Origin: Sideroxydans sp.
GTDB taxonomy: Bacteria > Pseudomonadota > Gammaproteobacteria > Burkholderiales > Gallionellaceae
Direction of reading: 5' to 3'
Length of the DNA: 64,000 nt
Assembly (NCBI GenBank): GCA_043744345.1
Contig: JAYTUW010000043.1
Location: 6,535-70,534, forward strand
The translations under genes were made by a program, and so were the position numbers. Every line of letters begins with the position of its first letter. Positions within the stretch are counted from its first letter, which is position 1. The notes beneath the pieces were generated by a model that was not told where the DNA came from, ran no database searches, and saw nothing but the letters and a program-made list of their open reading frames with translations. Below, piece after piece: positions 54,147 through 63,747 of this stretch.

Positions 54147-56675
54147 ATGACTATTGGGGCTTTTTCGCAACAGACTGCGCAGGCGAGCGAACAGGCTTTG
54201 CGCGAAGCGGTCAGTCAGCATGATGCAGGCAACCTGCATGAGGCTGAAATGCGTTTTCGGGCTATTTTGCAACGCGATCCGAATCATCCCGAAGCGAACT
54301 ATTTCATGGGCGTATTGGCGATGCGGCAGAAGCAGGTCTCTTTAAGCCTGCCCTATTTCCTGGTTGCTTTGAATGCGGATCCGGCACGTGGCTATTACTG
54401 GCTGAGTTATGTCGAGGCGCTGTTTCAGACCGGACAACTGGAAGAGGCACGCCAGATTCTGGCATTGGCCCGACAACATGGTTTGGAAGGTGAAGAAACA
54501 GAGGCTTTGGCGGTACGTTTGGACGGCAAGGAGGGCGTCGTCGAAAGGCCGGCAGTCGCCGAACCGTGGCCTCCTTCGCATGCAGGCCAGATGGATATCC
54601 CGAATACGTCCGAAGCAAAGACCCCGAGCCCGGACAGATCCGGCAATCAACCGCAACAAGCTCCTTTCCCTGAAGAAATAGACGCGCTGGTGGCGCTGTT
54701 TAACCAGGGACGCTTTTCTGAAGCCATAACTGATGCCCGATCCATGACGGAGGATCATCCCGAACACTGGGTAGGCTGGAAGATGTTGGGCGTGGTATTT
54801 CAGCAGCTGGGCCGAGATGAGGATGCATTACTGCCGATGCAAAAAGCGGCGGCACTGTCACCAGGTGATGCCGAGGCACACAATAACCTGGGCATCATCC
54901 TGCAGAATCTGGGACGACTGAATGAGGCGGAGGCCAGCTACCGGCGCGCACTGAGGATCAACCCGGATTATGCGCATGCGCAAGGCAATCTGGGGGCGAC
55001 GCTGCAAGCTTTGGGTCGCATGGCCGAGGCCGAGGCCAGCTACCGACGGGCGTTGCAGATCAACCCGAATTACGCCAAGGCACGCGGTAATTTGGGCGCA
55101 GTACTGCGTGCCTTGGGCCGACAAGACGAGGCTGCAGCCAACTACCGAAGCGCTCTGCAAATCAACCCGAATGACATAGAAGTGCATTTCAATCTAGCCG
55201 CTCTCCTGAGGGATATGGGGCAACTAGATCAAGCCGAAAACCAATATAGGCAAGTACTGAAGCTCGATCCGGACTACGCCGAAGTACATTTCGACTTGGG
55301 TAATCTGCTTCAGGATAGCGGGCGTCTGGCCGCGGCGGCGGAGAGCTACCGGCAAGTGCTCAGGATAAAACCGGATTTCACCGAGGCACACAACAACCTG
55401 GGCGCCATATTGCTGGAATCGGGTCGGCTGGATGAGGCTGCGGCCAGTTTTCGGTGTGCGCTGGAGATCGATCCGAGACATGCCAAGGCACACAACAACC
55501 TGGGTGCCGTACTGCTGGAAACGGGTCGGCTGGATGAGGCTGCGGCCAGTTTTCGGCGTGCGCTGGAGATCGATCCGAGTCATGCCAAGGCACATAACAA
55601 CCTGGGCGCCGTACTGCTGGAAATGGGCCGACTGAATGAGGCTGCGGAGAGCTACCGGCGCGCGCTGGAAATCAAGCCGGATTATGCAGAGCCTTGTTTC
55701 AACCTGGGTCATGTGCTCTGCGATCTGGATGATCTCGATCGGGCTGCCGCTGCCTATCAAAAAGTCATGGACATCTCACCCCTAAACACCGGCTTGGATG
55801 CGGAGGTCTATTTGGCCATATTGCATTACTTGAAAGGCAATCTGGTGCAATGCCGAAACATGCTCAACGTGTCCCGGACGATCATGACGCAGGTCAATGA
55901 CAAGCGAAAGAATGTTTGCGGTTATTGGTTCTACCTCGACAAACTGTTATCGGGTCAGACGCAAGCTATTCAAAGCGGCCCTCAGCCTGCGGAGGCTGAA
56001 ACGCTATATGTGATCGGAGAAAGTCATTCTTTGAGTGCACACGGCGTGGAGGTTCGCTACAACAAACGGAAGATGCATGCCAGAGCAGAATGGATTTCCG
56101 GATGCAAGCAATGGCATTTGGGCAATGGCAAAAACAACAAGTACAGGCAAAAATTCGGGGCAGTCATGGCCAGGATACCGCGCTCATCCACCGTTTTGCT
56201 GGAGATTGGCGAAATAGATTGTCGGCACGACGAAGGTATCATCAAGGTATGGGAAAAACATCCAGAAAAAGAATTGGATGAAATTGCCCGTGTCACGTCA
56301 ACCGCTTACCTTAACCATGTGGCCGGGACCGGAAAACACTATGGGCATAGAATCATCATCGCCGGGGTGCCCGCGCCCAACATTGCTTCAATTGCGATAA
56401 CGGCGACCGCAGCCGGGCGGCTTGTTCATTTGATCCGGAAATTCAATGCAACTTTAAAGGAACTGGCGTTAGATTCAGGCATGGGTTTCTTGGACGTGTA
56501 CGCGCTGACTGATCGCGGAGATGGTATGGCGGACGGACAATGGCACATCGACTCTTACCATTTGCTGCCCGGTGCCGTGATAGAAGCTTTTGACAAGTTC
56601 TGTTTGCCGGGAATTGAGCCGGTAACCGGTCAACACAGCGAATGCGCCAGCGACCGAACCGATCAGACTGAATGA
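54147..56675 (+). CDS. TPR-repeat protein with C-terminal SGNH/GDSL-like domain (tentative)
   Basis: It has the shared N-terminal module, then ~11 TPR units, then a ~290-aa C-domain. That domain carries GESHS (56016-56030), IGEIDC and DSYH (56550-56561), resembling SGNH blocks I, III and V. An alternative GTG start lies at 54132. Confidence 0.7.
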   Translation: MTIGAFSQQTAQASEQALREAVSQHDAGNLHEAEMRFRAILQRDPNHPEANYFMGVLAMRQKQVSLSLPYFLVALNADPARGYYWLSYVEALFQTGQLEEARQILALARQHGLEGEETEALAVRLDGKEGVVERPAVAEPWPPSHAGQMDIPNTSEAKTPSPDRSGNQPQQAPFPEEIDALVALFNQGRFSEAITDARSMTEDHPEHWVGWKMLGVVFQQLGRDEDALLPMQKAAALSPGDAEAHNNLGIILQNLGRLNEAEASYRRALRINPDYAHAQGNLGATLQALGRMAEAEASYRRALQINPNYAKARGNLGAVLRALGRQDEAAANYRSALQINPNDIEVHFNLAALLRDMGQLDQAENQYRQVLKLDPDYAEVHFDLGNLLQDSGRLAAAAESYRQVLRIKPDFTEAHNNLGAILLESGRLDEAAASFRCALEIDPRHAKAHNNLGAVLLETGRLDEAAASFRRALEIDPSHAKAHNNLGAVLLEMGRLNEAAESYRRALEIKPDYAEPCFNLGHVLCDLDDLDRAAAAYQKVMDISPLNTGLDAEVYLAILHYLKGNLVQCRNMLNVSRTIMTQVNDKRKNVCGYWFYLDKLLSGQTQAIQSGPQPAEAETLYVIGESHSLSAHGVEVRYNKRKMHARAEWISGCKQWHLGNGKNNKYRQKFGAVMARIPRSSTVLLEIGEIDCRHDEGIIKVWEKHPEKELDEIARVTSTAYLNHVAGTGKHYGHRIIIAGVPAPNIASIAITATAAGRLVHLIRKFNATLKELALDSGMGFLDVYALTDRGDGMADGQWHIDSYHLLPGAVIEAFDKFCLPGIEPVTGQHSECASDRTDQTE
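55389..55694 (+). repeat. Three tandem 102-bp near-identical TPR-coding repeats inside the 54147-56675 gene
   Basis: The units start at 55389, 55491 and 55593 (HNNLGA(I/V)LLE.GRL(D/N)EAA.S(F/Y)RRALEI.P..A.A). Units 1 and 2 differ at only a handful of nucleotides. Confidence 0.9.
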
Positions 56676-56682
56676 CTTCATA

Positions 56683-58563
56683 ATGGGATCGCCCTTCATG
56701 ACAAAAGATTCTTCTCCACAACAAAATGTATTGCAGGCGGTAGAGCAGGCATTTGTTTATGCCGAAGCGCAACACCGAGCTGGCAAGTTGCAGGAAGCGG
56801 AACAGCTATACCGGGCCATACTGCAACTCAGCCCGGCTCATCCAGAGGCGAATCACAACATGGGTGTTCTGTCGGTCCAGTCCGGGCAACCCGCCTCCGG
56901 GTTGCCGCATTTCATGGCTGCACTGGAAGCCGATCCCGCGCGCGGGCAGTACTGGCTGAGCTATATCGACGCGCTGTACCGGTCGGGACAGACGGAAGAT
57001 GCGCGGCAGGTGCTGGCGCTTGCCAAACAGCAGGGGCTGCAGGGCGAAGAGATAGACGCGCTGGTCGGCTTGCTTGAAGCTCAGACTCAATCCGCTATAC
57101 CTAAGGACACAGGCGGCAGCCCGCCTGCTGCGGTTAAACCGGGATGCGCACACAACGGCGGCGAACCCTCGACGCAGGAACGCAACCAGATCGTCAAACA
57201 GTTCAATGAAGGGCGCTATGCAGAGGTGGTCCCCCTCGCCAGGGAGCTTACTGAGCGTTATCCGGGGAGCGGATTCGGGTGGAACGTGTTGGGTGCGGCG
57301 CTCAAACAGACGGGACAGACCGCGGACGCGCTGCTCCCCATGCAAAAAGCGGCAGCGCTGTCGCCGGGTGACTCCAATGCGCTGTGCAATCTGGGGGCCA
57401 TTCAACAGGATCTGGGGCAGTCGCAAGAGGCGGAAGCAAACCTCAAACGCGCGCTGCAGATCAATCCGTCCAATGCGGATGCGCATTGCAACCTGGCTTT
57501 GGTCCTGCAGTGCCTGGGGCAGTCGGTCGAGGCCGAAGCCGGTTACCGGAGGGCACTACAGCTCAAGCCGGATCTGGCGGTCGCGCATTGCAATCTGGGC
57601 ATGACCCTGCACAGCCAGGGCCGGATGGCCGAGGCCGAAACCAGTTACCGGAACGCGACACGCATCAGACCGGACTTTGCCGCCGCACATTCCAATCTGG
57701 GGATCACCCTGCAAAGCATGGGACGGCTGGAAGAAGCCGCGGCGAGCTTGCGCCAGGCCCTGCAGATCCAGCCGGATTTTGCCGATGCACACAGCAGCCT
57801 GGGCATCACCCTGCAGCAACTCGGGAAGCCGGAAGAGGCACTTTTCCATTTCCGCGAGCGGGTCAGACTGACGCCCGGAAATGTGGTGGCGCAACATCAG
57901 ATCGATTCGCTGACCGGCAAGACTACCGAGCGCGCGCCGGACCAGTATGTTGAAAAAGTCTTCGACAATTACGCGGAAAGGTTCGATACCCATCTGCAAA
58001 AAGTGCTGCTATACGATATCCCCGGCAAGCTGGTCACGCTGCTCCTGCGGCACATGCCTGCGGGCGAAAAGAAAAATGTGCTTGACCTGGGTTGTGGCAC
58101 CGGTCTGATCGCGACCGAGATCGCTCCCCATGCGCAGCAACTGGTCGGGGTCGATCTTTCCGCCAAGATGCTGGAGAAAGCCCGCGCGCGGAATCTGTAT
58201 CAGCGTCTGGAGCGTTCCGACCTGCTGGGCATGATGCAGGGTGAGAAGGCCGCAAGCCACGACTTGGTCATCGCCGCAGATGTGTTCGTGTATGTGGGTC
58301 GGCTGGAAGAGATTGTTGCCGAAGTTAAGCGCCTGCTGACACCCGGCGGTATGTTCGCCTTCTCCACCGAAGCCCTGGAAGACGCGCAGGGAGAGGATAT
58401 CGGCTACCGGCTGGAACCCACGGGACGTTATTCCCACGCGGTTGCCTACCTGTCGCGGCTTGCAGCCGCAAACGGATTCAGGGTGCTGGAGTCGGTTCCC
58501 ACCCGCATCCGTACCGAGCATGGCAAGCCGGTCAATGGTCATATGGCTGTGTGGCAGAACTGA
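56683..58563 (+). CDS. TPR-repeat protein fused to a class I SAM-dependent methyltransferase (COG4976-like)
   Basis: The shared N-terminal module and TPR units are followed by VLDLGCGTGLIATEI...VGVDLSAKMLEKA...HDLVIAADVFVYVGRL...GGMFAFSTE. The C-domain is paralogous to that of 32623-33912. Confidence 0.8.
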   Translation: MGSPFMTKDSSPQQNVLQAVEQAFVYAEAQHRAGKLQEAEQLYRAILQLSPAHPEANHNMGVLSVQSGQPASGLPHFMAALEADPARGQYWLSYIDALYRSGQTEDARQVLALAKQQGLQGEEIDALVGLLEAQTQSAIPKDTGGSPPAAVKPGCAHNGGEPSTQERNQIVKQFNEGRYAEVVPLARELTERYPGSGFGWNVLGAALKQTGQTADALLPMQKAAALSPGDSNALCNLGAIQQDLGQSQEAEANLKRALQINPSNADAHCNLALVLQCLGQSVEAEAGYRRALQLKPDLAVAHCNLGMTLHSQGRMAEAETSYRNATRIRPDFAAAHSNLGITLQSMGRLEEAAASLRQALQIQPDFADAHSSLGITLQQLGKPEEALFHFRERVRLTPGNVVAQHQIDSLTGKTTERAPDQYVEKVFDNYAERFDTHLQKVLLYDIPGKLVTLLLRHMPAGEKKNVLDLGCGTGLIATEIAPHAQQLVGVDLSAKMLEKARARNLYQRLERSDLLGMMQGEKAASHDLVIAADVFVYVGRLEEIVAEVKRLLTPGGMFAFSTEALEDAQGEDIGYRLEPTGRYSHAVAYLSRLAAANGFRVLESVPTRIRTEHGKPVNGHMAVWQN

Positions 58564-58568
58564 GCGGT

Positions 58569-61001
58569 ATGGCGGCTTCGGCACACGGAAAAAGTCCTGC
58601 CAGCCGGGAGATTGATGAGCTGGTGGCACTGTTCACACAGGGCAGGAGCAGCGAGGCCGAGACCCTTGCGCGGAATATGACACAACGCTTCCCGACTCAC
58701 TGGGTCGGCTGGAAGATGCTGGGCGTACTGTTCAGCCAGGCGGGGCGCATTCAGGAGGCTCTGGTTCCCATGCAAAAAGCAGTCGCACTGCTGCCCCATG
58801 ACGCGGAAGCACATAACAACCTGGGCATCACCCTGCAGGCGCTGGGCCGCTTGGGGGAATCCGAGTCCAGCTACCGGCGGGCGCTGGCGATCAATCCGGG
58901 ATATGCACAGGCATACTGCAATCTCGGTACCGTACTGCAGGATGCGGGACGTCCCGACGCGGCGGAAGCGGCCTACCGGCGAGCGCTGGCGATCAATCCC
59001 GGCTATGCGAAAGCGTACAACAATCTGGGTGCGGTGTTGCACGACACGGGCCGCCCCGACGCATCCGAGGCCTGTTACCGGAGTGCATTGCAGGCCGATC
59101 CCGGAAATGTGGAAGCACACAACAACCTCGGAATCGCGCTGGGTGAATTGGGGCGACTGGACGAAGCGGAAGCCTGTTGCAGGCGCGCGCTGCAGATCGC
59201 TCCGGATTACGCCGATGCCCACTACAGCCTGGGTAATGTGTATGCAGTTTCGAATCGCCTGGACCAAGCGGCAGCCTGCTACCTGCAGGCGCTTCAGCTC
59301 AAACCGGATCTTGTCAACGCCCTCGATAGCCTTGCATTGCTGTCCGCAGCACAGGGAGATCCGGCGGCGGCTTTGGAGAGCATCAGGCGATCCATGCAAA
59401 TCAGGGAAACAGCCGAGTCCAGAAATATTTTCGTGGCGTGCGTCAGGGGTTTGCACTTGACGCAGGACGACGCTGTGCTCCGTGGCGAGCTGGTGCGTGC
59501 CATGGACGAACCGTGGGGGCGTCCGGCCGAGTTGGCACCGGTCTGCCTGCAGGTCATCCAGCTCGGAGCGCATCTGAAGCCGCTTCTGCAGACGGTTCAG
59601 AACGCCTGGCCGAGGCGACTTTCGCAAAATGAGTTGTTTGGCGATCGCGGCCTTGCCGCCATGGAGTCCGACAGGTTGTTGCGGTCCGTTCTGGAGGCAA
59701 CTCCCGTGTGCGACATCGGGATGGAGCGACTGCTGACGCTGGCGCGGTATGCGCTGCTTGAACAGGCCGCTGCCGCGGGCGACGTGCAGGACGCCGGATC
59801 GGTCTTCTGGAGTGCGTTGGCGCGCCAGTGTTTTATCAATGAATATGTCTTTGACTGCACCGGTGAAGAATCGAAACGCGCTCAGGCGCTGTGCGAAGCC
59901 CTGGCTGCCGCGATGATCGCCAACCGGCCTGTGCCCGAGCTTTGGATCTTCGCCGTGGCCGCCTATTTTCCCCTGCATACATTGGACTTTGCCGGCCAAC
60001 TCCTGGACATGGAGTGGTCCGAGAGTGTGAAGGCATTGCTGCTGCAGCAAGTAATCGAGCCGCGGGAAGAATCCGGGTTGCGGGCGACGATCCCCAGCGT
60101 GACGCGCATAGATGACGAGGTCTCGCTGCGTGTCCGGGATCAATATGAGGAGAATCCCTACCCGCGCTGGGTCCGGTTGGCTCCGGCGGGAGAGGCGAGG
60201 AACATCGTAAGTTACCTGTGCCGGAAATTCCCCGCTGCCGACTTCAACCGCGAGCCTAAGCAGGGCAGGGTCGATATCCTTGTGGCGGGTTGCGGCACGG
60301 GACAGCACTCGATCAGCGCGGCGCTGCGAACACAGGCGGCGGACGTGTTGGCAATCGACCTGAGCTTGAGCAGCCTGGCCTACGCCAGGCGCAAGACACT
60401 TGAGCTCGGGCTGGGTTCGGTGGAATACGCACGTGCGGATATATTGGAGCTGGGTTCGCTGCAGCGCAGTTTCGATGTGATCGAATCCTCCGGTGTGTTG
60501 CACCATCTCGCTGATCCGTGGGCGGGATGGAAGGTGCTGCTGTCATTGCTCCGGCCCGGCGGTTTCATGAAGCTGGGTTTTTACAGCGAGGCCGCGCGCC
60601 GCGATGTTGTTCGCATACGGTCTTTCATCGCTGAAAAAAATTACGGCGCGACAGCCGCGCAGATCCGGCAGTGCCGCCAGGAACTGGCCGGACTGGATGC
60701 GTCCGAAAATTTTGGTGCCATATTGAGTTCGCCCGATTTCTTCAGCATCAGCGCCTGTCGCGACCTGCTATTCCATGTGCAGGAACATCGCATGGCGTTG
60801 CCGGAGATTGCTGCTTTCCTGCGCGAGAATGGATTGCGCTTTCTCGGGTTTGATATTGATGCGGAAGTCATCCAGGCCTACCGGCGCCGTTTTCCCGGAG
60901 ACCGCGCTGCCGTCGATCTGGAACAGTGGCACATTTTTGAGAGCGAGCACGGTGATACTTTTTCCAATATGTACCAGTTCTGGGTGCAAAAAGCGGATTG
61001 A
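58569..61001 (+). CDS. TPR-repeat protein + unassigned middle region + class I SAM-dependent methyltransferase
   Basis: It starts with the second shared module (SREIDELVALFTQGR...GWKMLGV...MQKAVALLP). About 7 TPR units follow, then a ~280-aa region ending in QYEENPYPRW, then DILVAGCGTGQHS...DLSLSSLAYARRK...FDVIESSGVLHHL...RPGGFMKLGFYS. An alternative ATG lies at 58551. Confidence 0.75.
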   Translation: MAASAHGKSPASREIDELVALFTQGRSSEAETLARNMTQRFPTHWVGWKMLGVLFSQAGRIQEALVPMQKAVALLPHDAEAHNNLGITLQALGRLGESESSYRRALAINPGYAQAYCNLGTVLQDAGRPDAAEAAYRRALAINPGYAKAYNNLGAVLHDTGRPDASEACYRSALQADPGNVEAHNNLGIALGELGRLDEAEACCRRALQIAPDYADAHYSLGNVYAVSNRLDQAAACYLQALQLKPDLVNALDSLALLSAAQGDPAAALESIRRSMQIRETAESRNIFVACVRGLHLTQDDAVLRGELVRAMDEPWGRPAELAPVCLQVIQLGAHLKPLLQTVQNAWPRRLSQNELFGDRGLAAMESDRLLRSVLEATPVCDIGMERLLTLARYALLEQAAAAGDVQDAGSVFWSALARQCFINEYVFDCTGEESKRAQALCEALAAAMIANRPVPELWIFAVAAYFPLHTLDFAGQLLDMEWSESVKALLLQQVIEPREESGLRATIPSVTRIDDEVSLRVRDQYEENPYPRWVRLAPAGEARNIVSYLCRKFPAADFNREPKQGRVDILVAGCGTGQHSISAALRTQAADVLAIDLSLSSLAYARRKTLELGLGSVEYARADILELGSLQRSFDVIESSGVLHHLADPWAGWKVLLSLLRPGGFMKLGFYSEAARRDVVRIRSFIAEKNYGATAAQIRQCRQELAGLDASENFGAILSSPDFFSISACRDLLFHVQEHRMALPEIAAFLRENGLRFLGFDIDAEVIQAYRRRFPGDRAAVDLEQWHIFESEHGDTFSNMYQFWVQKAD

Positions 61002-61041
61002 GTTCGTACATAATCATGAATCGATGCCAGGGAAAGCCAAC

Positions 61042-63747
61042 ATGAGCAATGACCAGTCGCCCAACGCCGATCCGGAATTTCAACAGGCCGTGGCCGAGCA
61101 CCAGTCGGGACGATTGGAGGAGGCCGGGAATCTGTACTTGTCCGTTTTGCGCCGCATGCCGGGCCATGCGGATGCGAACCACAACATGGGTGTGCTGGCG
61201 GTGCAGATGCTGCAGCCGGCAGCCGGACTCGGGTATTTCATTGCGGCGCTGGATGCCGATCCGTCGTGCAGCCAATATTGGCTGGGTTATATAGACGCCC
61301 TGCACCAGTCCGGGCGGACGGAAGAAGCACGACAGACGCTGGCACTGGCACGGCAGCAGGGCTTGCAAGGCGAGGAAGTGGATGCGTTGGCGCAGCAGAT
61401 CGAACCCGTCGGCACGGCCGCTGCCGCACCGGGAGCGAATCCCTCCAACCGCGAGATTGATGAGTTGATGGCCTTGTTCACACAGGGCAGATACGACGAG
61501 GCGGCACGTGTTGCCCGCTCGCTGACGGAGCGATTTCCAGATCACGGGTTTGGCTGGAAAGTCCTGGGTGTCGCGCACAAACAGATGGGGCGCAATCAGA
61601 AAGCACTGCCAGCCATGCAAAAAGCGGCAGAACTGTCTCCGCGCGATGTCGAGGCACACTATAACCTTGGTGTCACCCTGCAGGCACTGGGACGTCTTGA
61701 AGCGGCAGAGGCAAGTTATCGGCAGGCGCTATTCATCAAAGCGGATTATGCGGATGCACACAGCAATCTGGGCGTCGTCCTGCAGGCGCACGGGCATCTG
61801 GAACAGGCCGAAGCCAGTTACCGGCGCGCACTGCAACTCAAACCGGGTAATGCCGCAGTGCTTAGCAATCTGGGAGTGGTGTTGCATGAACTTGACCGGA
61901 TGTCCGAGGCGGAAGCCAGCTTCCGGGAGGCTTTACAGGTCGATCCGAACAACACCGAATCGTTCAGCAATCTGGGCAACACGCTGCTGGCGCTGGGGCG
62001 GCTGGATGAGGCGGAAACTTGCTACCGGCAGGCGCTGCAGATCAACCCCGTCTATACCGATGCGCTTTACAATCTGGGTAACGCACTCAAGGATCTGTTC
62101 CGGCTGGACGAGGCCGAAGCCAGCTATCGGCAGGCGTTGGCGGTCGACCCCGAAGATGCGCAAGTGTATTGCAACCTGGGCGCGCTGCTGCACGATCGGG
62201 GGCGGCTGGATGAGGCCGAAACCTGTTACCAGCAGGCGTTGAAGTTCAAGCCGGACTATGCCGAGGCCTACAAGAATCTGGGTGCCAACCTCGAGAACCA
62301 GGGACACTTTGCCGAGGCAAAAGCGAGCTACCGCAAGGCATGGGAACTGGGCTTCAACGGCGCACGCATCCAGGAAGCCTTGATGTTGCCGGCGATCATG
62401 GGCACACGCCAGGAAGTGCTCGATAGCAGGGCCGCGTTCGAACGCAATCTGGATAAATTGATCGCGGACAAAGTTGTCGTGGACGACCCGCTGAAGGACG
62501 TGGGTGAAGCCAATTTCTATCTGGCCTATCAGGGGCAGAACGACCGGGCACTGCAAATCAAGGTTGCGAAATTCTACGAGCAAGCCTGCCCGTCACTTTT
62601 GTATCGCGCACCCCATTGCGACGAAGCGAAGGCGGCGGATGACAGCACGATACGCCTGGGATTCGTGTCCCGCTTCTTCTCCAGCCATTCGGTGTCGTTG
62701 TGTTTCAGCAAGATCATCGAGGTGATGTCGCACCGGGACAATTTCGAGGTATCGCTGATTTCGCACCATCCCATCGACGACAAGATCTATTCGGGGTTTG
62801 CGGGCAAGCGCATACATCTGCCCAACAGCCTGACCCGTGCGCGCGAGATACTCGCGGGGGAGCGGCTGGATATCCTCGTCTATCTGGACATTGGCATGGA
62901 GCCGCTGAGCTATTTTCTGGCATTCGCGCGCCTGGCACGGGCCCAGTGTGTGCTGGGCGGACATCCGGTGACGACAGGTGTAGGCAACATGGATTACTTC
63001 CTGTCGGCAGAAGTCATGGAGCCGCCGAACGGGGATGAGCACTACAGTGAGAAGCTGATCCGCCTGCCCAGATCGTTGATCTACTTCGCGCGGCCGGTCA
63101 TGCCGGCCGTGCTGAAGTCTCGACATGAACTGGGTTTGCCTGATGGGAGCCGCCTGTACATGTGCCCGATGAAACTGCAGAAGATTCATCCCGATTTCGA
63201 CGCGGCGCTGGCGGGGATACTTGAACGGGACAGCAACGGGACAGTCGTGCTGTTTGAAGACGACACCTGGCCGTACTGGCGGGAGACCCTGCAAAGACGT
63301 TTTGAAAAGACGATTCCGGAGGAAGTGCGCGAACGCATTATTTTCCTTCCCTGGCTCAGGAGTTCACTTGACTTCCTGAGTGCCATTGCAACTGCCGATG
63401 TGTTGATCGACCCTTTCCACTTCGGCATCGGTTCGACCGCGGCGATCTCTTCAGTCACAGGGACACCGCTGGTGACAAAAGCCGGTGAGTTCATGCGCGG
63501 GCGGGTCGGCGCGGGATATTGCAAAATGCTGGACGTGCCGGAATGCATAGCGAAAGACACCGCGGACTACGTTGGCAAGGCGGTCGGGATCGCCAACGAC
63601 CGGCAGTTGCGGGACGCGATCAGCGCCAAGATCATCAAAAACAACCCGGTGCTGTACGAGAACCTGGAGCCGGTCGAAGATTTTGTTGATTTCATCCACT
63701 CGATCGCAGTGGGCTGGTATACCGCCGGGGCAGGGAATGACCACTGA
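61042..63747 (+). CDS. TPR-repeat protein fused to a GT41/SPINDLY-like (O-GlcNAc-transferase-like) glycosyltransferase domain
   Basis: Both shared N-terminal modules and ~9 TPR units are present. The C-domain shows the COG3914-type pattern (GGHPVTTGVGNMDYFLS, HYSEKLIRLP, MCPMKLQKIHPDFDAALAGIL, IDPFHFGIGSTAAISSVTGTPLVTKAGEFMRGRV). An alternative ATG lies at 61024. Confidence 0.8.
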   Translation: MSNDQSPNADPEFQQAVAEHQSGRLEEAGNLYLSVLRRMPGHADANHNMGVLAVQMLQPAAGLGYFIAALDADPSCSQYWLGYIDALHQSGRTEEARQTLALARQQGLQGEEVDALAQQIEPVGTAAAAPGANPSNREIDELMALFTQGRYDEAARVARSLTERFPDHGFGWKVLGVAHKQMGRNQKALPAMQKAAELSPRDVEAHYNLGVTLQALGRLEAAEASYRQALFIKADYADAHSNLGVVLQAHGHLEQAEASYRRALQLKPGNAAVLSNLGVVLHELDRMSEAEASFREALQVDPNNTESFSNLGNTLLALGRLDEAETCYRQALQINPVYTDALYNLGNALKDLFRLDEAEASYRQALAVDPEDAQVYCNLGALLHDRGRLDEAETCYQQALKFKPDYAEAYKNLGANLENQGHFAEAKASYRKAWELGFNGARIQEALMLPAIMGTRQEVLDSRAAFERNLDKLIADKVVVDDPLKDVGEANFYLAYQGQNDRALQIKVAKFYEQACPSLLYRAPHCDEAKAADDSTIRLGFVSRFFSSHSVSLCFSKIIEVMSHRDNFEVSLISHHPIDDKIYSGFAGKRIHLPNSLTRAREILAGERLDILVYLDIGMEPLSYFLAFARLARAQCVLGGHPVTTGVGNMDYFLSAEVMEPPNGDEHYSEKLIRLPRSLIYFARPVMPAVLKSRHELGLPDGSRLYMCPMKLQKIHPDFDAALAGILERDSNGTVVLFEDDTWPYWRETLQRRFEKTIPEEVRERIIFLPWLRSSLDFLSAIATADVLIDPFHFGIGSTAAISSVTGTPLVTKAGEFMRGRVGAGYCKMLDVPECIAKDTADYVGKAVGIANDRQLRDAISAKIIKNNPVLYENLEPVEDFVDFIHSIAVGWYTAGAGNDH

